From: Patescibacteria group bacterium | Lineage (GTDB): Bacteria; Patescibacteriota; Doudnabacteria; UBA920 | Length of the DNA: 64,000 bases | Direction of reading: 5' to 3' | NCBI GenBank assembly: GCA_036726225.1 | Contig: DAIMCS010000001.1 | Location: 69,776-133,775, forward strand | Made by a program: the position numbers and the translations under genes | Shown: positions 58,160 to 64,000 of the stretch, piece after piece | Numbering within the stretch: position 1 is the first letter of the stretch | How the letters are laid out: each line of letters begins with the position of its first letter | Notes under the pieces: model-generated | What the model was told of the DNA's origin: nothing | What the model saw: only the letters and a program-made list of their open reading frames with translations | The model's database searches: none

Positions 58160-58585
58160 CTAAAGTGGATTATTTTCTGACTTATGTTCAATGTTAATGT
58201 CCAAAATAAATAAAATGATGTTTAAGACATCGACCACCAGGCAGTACTGGCAAACTTTTTTAAGGACAAAAAATTGGATGCCGAGCAGGACCAAGGAAGA
58301 CAAAGCGCCAAAACCGAGCAAAAAAGTCAGTAATTTACGCCAATTTGGGTAGTGATTGGCCATTAAAGCGCTTATAATTACGCCAAAAAAGTAAGCCGAG
58401 CCCCAAACTGAAAGCGGCAAACCAAGGAAAGATGAATATTTGCTGTTTAATACCACTTCGCAGCCTCCGGTTATGTCGCAAGGAACGGCAATGCCTAAAT
58501 AATGGCTAACAGCCAAATAAACACTAACCCCAAAACCGACTACCGCTAAAATTACAATAATATCGTATTTATGTCTTTTATACAT
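58160..58585 (-). CDS. Vitamin K epoxide reductase (VKOR) family protein; DsbB-like disulfide oxidoreductase
   Basis: Four TM helices. CDITGGC (CxxxxC loop cysteines) and the CQYC active site. Confidence 0.6.
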   Translation of the reverse strand: MYKRHKYDIIVILAVVGFGVSVYLAVSHYLGIAVPCDITGGCEVVLNSKYSSFLGLPLSVWGSAYFFGVIISALMANHYPNWRKLLTFLLGFGALSSLVLLGIQFFVLKKVCQYCLVVDVLNIILFILDINIEHKSENNPL

Positions 58586-58750
58586 AAAAATATATTAGCA
58601 TAAAAAAACTCCCCCAAAAAGGAGGAGTTTAAATCGTAAGATTTATAGCGCCGAGGGGACGGATTCATTCCGTGCCCGAGGCAACTTTGCGAAAAAGATA
58701 GGATTCGCCCGAAGGGCGAATGTTTGGAAAGAAAAACAGTTTTCAAGGGT

Positions 58751-58777
58751 TCCCAAAAATCCAATGGATTTTTGGGA
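58751..58777 (-). terminator. Minimal copy F of the hairpin repeat, TCCCAAAAATCC-AATG-GATTTTTGGGA, in the 3' UTR of the RRM gene; probable terminator
   Basis: Followed on the minus strand by the T-rich CTGTTTTTCTTTCC. Confidence 0.55.
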
Positions 58778-58807
58778 TGAAACTTAGTTTTGTCTTTCCA
58801 ATAATCT

Positions 58808-59140
58808 TTAATAGCTGTCGCGTCGGCCGTAACCGCCGCCACCGCTACCGCCGCGTCCGCCGCGGTCACCAAAGCTTCTCTTTGGCCTGTCTTCGAGGGG
58901 CCTTGCTTCCTTGACTACCAAGGTGCGGCCGCCGAAGTCGGAGTTGTTCAAAGCAGATGCAGCTGCATCGGCTTCAGCGTCGTTTTCGAATTCTACGAAT
59001 CCGAAACCGCGACTTCTGCCGGTCATTTTGTCAGTGATGACAGTCGCCGAAGCGATAGTCCCGTGCTGACTGAATAATTGCTGCAAATCGTCAGAAGTGG
59101 TTGCCCAAGGGATACCACCGACGAAAAGTTTCTTAGCCAT
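58808..59140 (-). CDS. Glycine-rich RNA-binding protein with a single RRM
   Basis: RNP-2 KLFVGGI and RNP-1 RGFGFVEF. C-terminal RGGRGGSGGGGYG. Confidence 0.8.
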   Translation of the reverse strand: MAKKLFVGGIPWATTSDDLQQLFSQHGTIASATVITDKMTGRSRGFGFVEFENDAEADAAASALNNSDFGGRTLVVKEARPLEDRPKRSFGDRGGRGGSGGGGYGRRDSY

Positions 59141-59338
59141 TTTTTATAGGCTTTCTATTGAAGAGCTCACCTTACACTCTTTCTAACTATTTAAAATAAA
59201 CTTTAAATGCTACTCTTGAGCTCTTTTTTAGAGGCCTTACGATTGACACTTAAACTTAAGATGATAAAGACAGTATAGCCTATTTAGCCAATAAAAGCAA
59301 GTGTGCTATATTTAGCTTAGCTTCTTAGGGAGGAAGTT

Positions 59339-59485
59339 ATGAATATCAACAACAAGAAGATTTACAACCCAAATCCGCTGTGGTTTCTTATCCCGTTCCT
59401 TGCCGTAACAATTCTAATGAGCATTTACATAGGAAACAAAATAGCACCTTTGGTGGAGTTTCTTTTATGGAAATTGTTCCGATAA
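59339..59485 (+). CDS. Small membrane protein, 48 aa (MNINNKKIYNPNPLWFLIPFLAVTILMSIYIGNKIAPLVEFLLWKLFR), missed by the 60-aa ORF track
   Basis: TGCTATATT promoter at 59305-59313. GGGAGG SD 7 nt upstream. Terminator hairpin followed by CTTTTTTCTTTT at 59487-59535. Confidence 0.45.
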   Translation: MNINNKKIYNPNPLWFLIPFLAVTILMSIYIGNKIAPLVEFLLWKLFR

Positions 59486-59547
59486 TGCTTGAGGGGAAAA
59501 GCGCTTGCGCAATCCCGCTCAAGCCTTTTTTCTTTTCCCGTTTTGTG

Positions 59548-60291
59548 TCATTCCAACAAAAGCAGCAAAGCCATTGCAGCTATGCCTGCTAAAAACCAAA
59601 TTAGCTGCCAGAAAGATTTTTTGGCAACTGTTTCTAAATGGAGCTGCGGCACAATGTCGGAAAGCGAAATGTAAATAAAACTTGCCGCACCCAAACACAG
59701 AAGCCAGACCGGCGCGCCGGCTTGGGATTTGAAAAAAAGCAAGACTATTACTGCGCCCAAAACAGCAAAGAGCGCGGAAACAAAATTGTACAAAAGCGCC
59801 TTGTTTTTACTCCAGCCTCCGTGAAGTAAGATGGCAAAATTGCCTATTTCCTGGGGAATTTCGTGAAAGATTACCGCAATTGTAGTGGCTATACCAACAT
59901 GCGGGCCGGCCAAAAAACTTCCCGCAATAATAAGGCCGTCAATAAAATTATGCAGGCTGTCGCCAACCTGGGTTAAATACACCAAACTATGGACATGCTC
60001 TTCGTGCTGCCCGTGCCTGTGCTGCCACAAAATAAATCTTTCTAAAACAAAAAATATAACCAGGCCCAAAAGTATGTACAACCCTTCCTTTGCCCCAAAA
60101 CTTATTTCTGAAATTTCCGGCAGCAAATGTAAAAACACGTCGCCCAAAAGCGCTCCGGCAGAAAAGCTGACTAAATAAGTCAGCCATTTTTTTAGCCTGT
60201 ACTCGTTTATAGACAAAGTTACAACCCCGACTAAAGAAATTAGGCTAACAATAAATACGCTAATTAATGTATACACCCACAAATTTAACAT
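59548..60291 (-). CDS. ZIP-family metal (zinc) transporter
   Basis: HEIPQEIGNFAIL and HNFIDGLII motifs. 247 aa, polytopic. Confidence 0.7.
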   Translation of the reverse strand: MLNLWVYTLISVFIVSLISLVGVVTLSINEYRLKKWLTYLVSFSAGALLGDVFLHLLPEISEISFGAKEGLYILLGLVIFFVLERFILWQHRHGQHEEHVHSLVYLTQVGDSLHNFIDGLIIAGSFLAGPHVGIATTIAVIFHEIPQEIGNFAILLHGGWSKNKALLYNFVSALFAVLGAVIVLLFFKSQAGAPVWLLCLGAASFIYISLSDIVPQLHLETVAKKSFWQLIWFLAGIAAMALLLLLE

Positions 60292-60326
60292 AGCTACAAT
60301 ATTTTAACATTATTATGCTCTTTTGC

Positions 60327-60662
60327 TCAACTATTTATTTCCCTTTGTAGCAATTTTAAATTTCTGCGGTTGGTCTTAAACCAGGCGCCAAAAAAGTCGC
60401 CGACTATTGGCACCAGGCCAATTAAAAAGCTAATAAAAATATTTAGCAGCATCCTAAACTTTATCCAGGTGGAAACTTTGTATTTTATAGCCAGGTTAAA
60501 AACATAAAAATCCAAAATCGGGGCAATTACATCCCCCACTCCCGGAACAAGGTCTATTAACAAACTTAAACCAAACCTAAAACCAAAAACTTCGAACTGA
60601 TCGTCCAAAAGGGCGGTTAAATTTTCAATTTCCGGATAAATTCTTCTAATATTTTCTTGCAT
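60327..60662 (-). CDS. Small membrane protein, DUF4112-like
   Basis: LIDLVPGVGDVIAPILDFYVFNLA. Confidence 0.4.
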   Translation of the reverse strand: MQENIRRIYPEIENLTALLDDQFEVFGFRFGLSLLIDLVPGVGDVIAPILDFYVFNLAIKYKVSTWIKFRMLLNIFISFLIGLVPIVGDFFGAWFKTNRRNLKLLQREINS

Positions 60663-60737
60663 ACAAACTGTAACGTTTAAAAATTGCTTTTAAGTTCAAG
60701 GATTTGAAAAACCCATCTTTTTGATGGGCTTTAAGGC

Positions 60738-61109
60738 TTACTTTAGATTCAATTTTTCCTTCACCCTTTTAACCAGGTCCTTGGGGTTCCAGTCACTTTT
60801 GACCAAAAAATCATACACGCCGCTTTGTAAAGCCTGCTCAATAGTTTTGTTGTCGTTTAAGTTAGTGAGAATAATAGCCGGAGTATTGGCTAGTTTAGAA
60901 TTTTGCCGAATTTTATTGAGCATAGTTATGCCGTCCATTTTCGGCATTAAAATGTCAACTAAAATTACGTCCGGCAATTCTTTTTGTGCCGTTGCCAAAC
61001 CTTCACTGCCGTCTTTAGCCAACAAAGCCGAAAATCCGGCGTGGGTAAATTCGTCCCGCAAAACTTCTAACAGTAACGCTTCATCCTCGACAATTAAAAT
61101 TTTCTTCAT
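60738..61109 (-). CDS. Stand-alone response-regulator receiver (CheY-like)
   Basis: ILIVEDE...VILVDILMPKMDG...LTNL...KPF-like pattern. Confidence 0.75.
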   Translation of the reverse strand: MKKILIVEDEALLLEVLRDEFTHAGFSALLAKDGSEGLATAQKELPDVILVDILMPKMDGITMLNKIRQNSKLANTPAIILTNLNDNKTIEQALQSGVYDFLVKSDWNPKDLVKRVKEKLNLK

Positions 61110-61122
61110 GGTATTTTTCGTT

Positions 61123-63522
61123 TTATACGAAAGATTCGTTTAAATCTTTTGCCCCGGTTCTGGCCTTCATTCTTAAAGGAAGTTTAACATAAAAGGTGGT
61201 ACCTTTGTCAACTTTGGATTCAAACCAAATTTTCCCCTTTACCTCGTTAACTATGGCTTTGACCACATACATTCCCAAACCGTTACCGTTAGGGTCAATT
61301 TGCCTGGCAGCTTCGGTCCTGAAAAATTTGTTAAAAATTTTGTCCTGGTCCTCGGGCAAAATGCCGACGCCGGTGTCCGTAATTGTAAATAACACTTCGT
61401 CTTTTACCGTCTCAATTTTAATTGAAATTTGGCCTTTGGGAGGGGTGTATTTAATTGCATTGGTTAATAAATTTTGGAACACAATCCTAACTAACCTCGG
61501 GTCCAAAAGCGATTTGGTGCTACCGGTAGGGTAACTTTTCCTCAATTTGAATTTTTTCATTTGTATTTCTTCTTCCATCTCTTCCAAAATCCCGTCCACA
61601 ATTTCCTGCAGGGAAATTTCCACCGGCTCTACGGCCAGTGTGCCCAACTCAATTTTGGAAATATTTAAAATCGCGTTGACCAGCTCAATCATTCGCTCGT
61701 TAGTTGTGTAAACATTTTGGGCCCTTTTGTGGTAATTTTTAAAATCTAACTTTTCTTCCGCCTCTTCAAGCTCGTTCACCAGTTGGGATGACTGCCATTT
61801 CATTATGGTCAAGGGCGTGCGCAACTGGTGGGAGGCTAAAGACACAAATTCGGTCTTGGCTTTGTCAATTTGCTTTTCCACTGTAATGTCGCGCACGACT
61901 TTAATGCCACCAATAATTTTGTCATTTAACAACAAAGGTGTGGCGGTAATGGAAGCGGGAAATTTGGATTTATTTTTTTTGGACAGGTAAAAATTTCCGG
62001 TAATTTTTTTGCCGCTGGCAAGAGCCAGCCTCATAGGTCGGTCGGACTCTAACACCGGCTTACCGACTTCCTCTTCCATAGAAATTAATTGGGTAAGTTG
62101 TTTGCCCGTAACTTCCGAAGCCTGCCAGCCAAACAAATCTTCAAAAGCTTTATTGACCAAAATAATCCGGCCTTCGTTGTCCGTGGCTACAATGCCTTCC
62201 CCAATGCTGGCAAGCAGCACCTCTGCTTTGGCTTTTTCTTCAGCCAACCTTTGGGCAAAAGCGACCAGTTCACCCTGGGACCTTTTGTTCTCACTAATAT
62301 CCCGGTAATTTACCACCAACGCCCCGACAGCCGGCTCGTGCAATAAATTTGTTAAAACGGCTTCCACCCATATCCATTTCCCGTCTTTGCGCCTGATGCG
62401 GGTTTCTAAATCCAGAACTTTGCCTTGCGAACTGACTAAATCTTTAAGCAAATGGGATATCCTCTCTTTGTCGGCCGGGTCCACCAATGACAGCCCGTTC
62501 ATTCCCACAAATTCCTCGGGCGAAAAACCCAAAACCCTCAAGGTGGAAGGGCTGGTATAAAGCACATTGGTTTGTAAATCTATTAAAGTAATTGCGTCGG
62601 AACTGTTTTCAATAAGTCCGCGGAAGCGGCCTTCCAATTTTTTACCTTCCCAAATAGCCGAACTTAAAGCCAGGGAAACAATTGACATTATTATGGTGAA
62701 AGCCTGCAGCAGCAATAAAGATTCATTTGAGCTGGGGCGGGAAAACGGGCCAAAGCCCTGTAAAGTTCCGTGTACAGCTAAGGTAGCAAGAACAATAATG
62801 GCAGTTGCCGATTCCTTTCTGCCAAAACGTAAAGCCACCCACAAAATAACCGGAAAGGTTAAAAAAGCTACGGGATAATTTTGTATTCCAAAAACAGACA
62901 AATCACTAAACACGGCCTGGCTGACCACCAGCAAAATAAACAACACCACCGCCGCCTCTAAAACTTTTAAAGGTTTAAAGCGATTAAAAGTTTCCACAAC
63001 CCACAAAATTAAAAACGGGGTCACCACTAAAGCCCCGCCCATATCTCCAAGCCACCAGGTAAACCAAATAGCATGGTACTGATTAAGTTCGGCCAAGCCG
63101 CCTAAAACTAAAACGCTTACGCCAATACTTGCGCTTATGGCAGGGGCAACGATGCCGACAAAAAGCACGAATTTAAAAATATTTAGAGGTTTACTGAAAA
63201 CCTCCCTGCCCGAAGCGTAACGGTTTATTAAATACACCCCCACCACGCCTTCTGCAGTGTTACCAAAGGCAATACCTAAAGAAGTCGGGATATCACCGGA
63301 AGTAGTAAGATTAACTAAAAAAGCGCCTAAAAATATTGCCGGCCAAAAACGGAAACCCAAAATAAGCAGGGCGGCTAAAGCAATCCCGGTGGGAGGCCAG
63401 ACCGCGCTGGCGCTTTCGTTAACAAAAGCTAAAGACAGACCCAATTTTCCGGCAAAAAAATACGCAACTAAAAGAGCTGCGCCAATAGCAACATTTTTTA
63501 AAATGTGCCGGTAGTTTTTCAT
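61123..63522 (-). CDS. Sensor histidine kinase: MASE1 membrane domain, two PAS domains, HisKA and HATPase_c
   Basis: N-terminal ASAVWPPTGIALAALL (MASE1-like). H-box SHQLRTPL. N/G boxes NLLTNAIKYT / DTGVGI. Confidence 0.75.
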   Translation of the reverse strand: MKNYRHILKNVAIGAALLVAYFFAGKLGLSLAFVNESASAVWPPTGIALAALLILGFRFWPAIFLGAFLVNLTTSGDIPTSLGIAFGNTAEGVVGVYLINRYASGREVFSKPLNIFKFVLFVGIVAPAISASIGVSVLVLGGLAELNQYHAIWFTWWLGDMGGALVVTPFLILWVVETFNRFKPLKVLEAAVVLFILLVVSQAVFSDLSVFGIQNYPVAFLTFPVILWVALRFGRKESATAIIVLATLAVHGTLQGFGPFSRPSSNESLLLLQAFTIIMSIVSLALSSAIWEGKKLEGRFRGLIENSSDAITLIDLQTNVLYTSPSTLRVLGFSPEEFVGMNGLSLVDPADKERISHLLKDLVSSQGKVLDLETRIRRKDGKWIWVEAVLTNLLHEPAVGALVVNYRDISENKRSQGELVAFAQRLAEEKAKAEVLLASIGEGIVATDNEGRIILVNKAFEDLFGWQASEVTGKQLTQLISMEEEVGKPVLESDRPMRLALASGKKITGNFYLSKKNKSKFPASITATPLLLNDKIIGGIKVVRDITVEKQIDKAKTEFVSLASHQLRTPLTIMKWQSSQLVNELEEAEEKLDFKNYHKRAQNVYTTNERMIELVNAILNISKIELGTLAVEPVEISLQEIVDGILEEMEEEIQMKKFKLRKSYPTGSTKSLLDPRLVRIVFQNLLTNAIKYTPPKGQISIKIETVKDEVLFTITDTGVGILPEDQDKIFNKFFRTEAARQIDPNGNGLGMYVVKAIVNEVKGKIWFESKVDKGTTFYVKLPLRMKARTGAKDLNESFV

Positions 63523-63545
63523 CTAAAAAAATATTTTTTTAGCCG

Positions 63546-63896
63546 TTATTTTTCTTTTTTCCTTCCTCTTGGCTCTGACTCCCGGTTTTCCAGCCTGGCG
63601 CTAACGCCCTGGGCCTGTGCCCTATTTTTTAAATCAAAAATTTCCTTGTCTAAATCTTTTGCCGACTGCTCCCTGCCCCTTTGCCTTAATTCAACCTGCG
63701 CCGCTTCTACCGCGCTGACTGCCTCATCAATCGCTTTCCTCGCCTCAATCTTGGCCCTGCTTTCAATTTCAGATTCCGCGCGGCTGTTTTTTAAATTTTC
63801 TCCGGACAATTTAGAAGCAGGCTCATTGGCTTGCTCACCATTTTGGGCGGGCAGGCTTTCTTGTTCGGGCATTTTTGGGCCTGAAATTATTTGCAA
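63546..63896 (-). CDS. Coiled-coil, charged hypothetical protein. The N-terminus may extend beyond the listed Met toward the window edge.
   Basis: ORF track. Confidence 0.3.
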   Translation of the reverse strand: MQIISGPKMPEQESLPAQNGEQANEPASKLSGENLKNSRAESEIESRAKIEARKAIDEAVSAVEAAQVELRQRGREQSAKDLDKEIFDLKNRAQAQGVSARLENRESEPRGRKKEK

Positions 63897-64000
63897 CTCT
63901 GCAAGCCTCTCCTGCGCTTGCTTTACCTTTAGCCCTGCCTTGTTCTCATTTGAGCTGGCAATCTGTAATTCAATTTTTTCCTTAAAACGCTTTACGCCGT

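Overview
This is a low-GC (about 40%) bacterial chromosomal window with an A+T-biased codon style. The gene content is consistent with a CPR/Patescibacteria-like or other reduced-genome bacterium; that is inference from content only. It contains, in order:

- Two zf-HC2 anti-sigma-like genes behind a structured GC-rich leader.
- tRNA-Ser(GGA).
- A central-carbon block: ppsA, a PHP-domain EndoQ-like gene, an IMPase, gap, the xfp-pta phosphoketolase operon, glmS and a GlmU-like gene.
- An unlinked 23S-5S rRNA operon on the minus strand, with no 16S gene. Its 23S is about 4.2 kb and carries at least six hairpin or IVS-like insertions. One sits next to the peptidyl-transferase centre. Another is bounded by a perfect 20-bp inverted repeat and encodes an antisense 33-aa membrane peptide.
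- A tandem array of four independently transcribed STAS (anti-sigma-antagonist-like) genes.
- Three paralogous GT-C-type membrane glycosyltransferase-like genes.
- ligA.
- A complete secretin-less type IV pilus locus: pilM-N-O-x-B-(pseudo-REC)-T-C-A, a Wzy_C/TPR protein, pilD and 3-4 minor pilins.
- A stand-alone tRNA-Ile(GAT)/tRNA-Ala(TGC) pair.
- guaA, guaB, purA, and genes for a CAP/SCP-domain protein, VKOR, an RRM protein and a ZIP transporter.
- A MASE1-PAS histidine kinase with a CheY-like regulator.

The most unusual signals are non-coding:

- A hairpin family (outer stem CCCAAAAATC/GATTTTTGGG with covarying inner stems) at six sites, next to stable-RNA genes.
- Three of those copies sit inside a conserved ~150-nt structured module that directly follows tRNA 3' ends or a tRNA-3'-end remnant.
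- Conserved promoter/terminator cassettes around each STAS gene.
- In-frame palindromic elements inside a CDS.
- A 60-nt element shared by the gap and ppsA-operon upstream regions.

All coordinates and calls rest on reading the sequence and the ORF track. No database searches were run.
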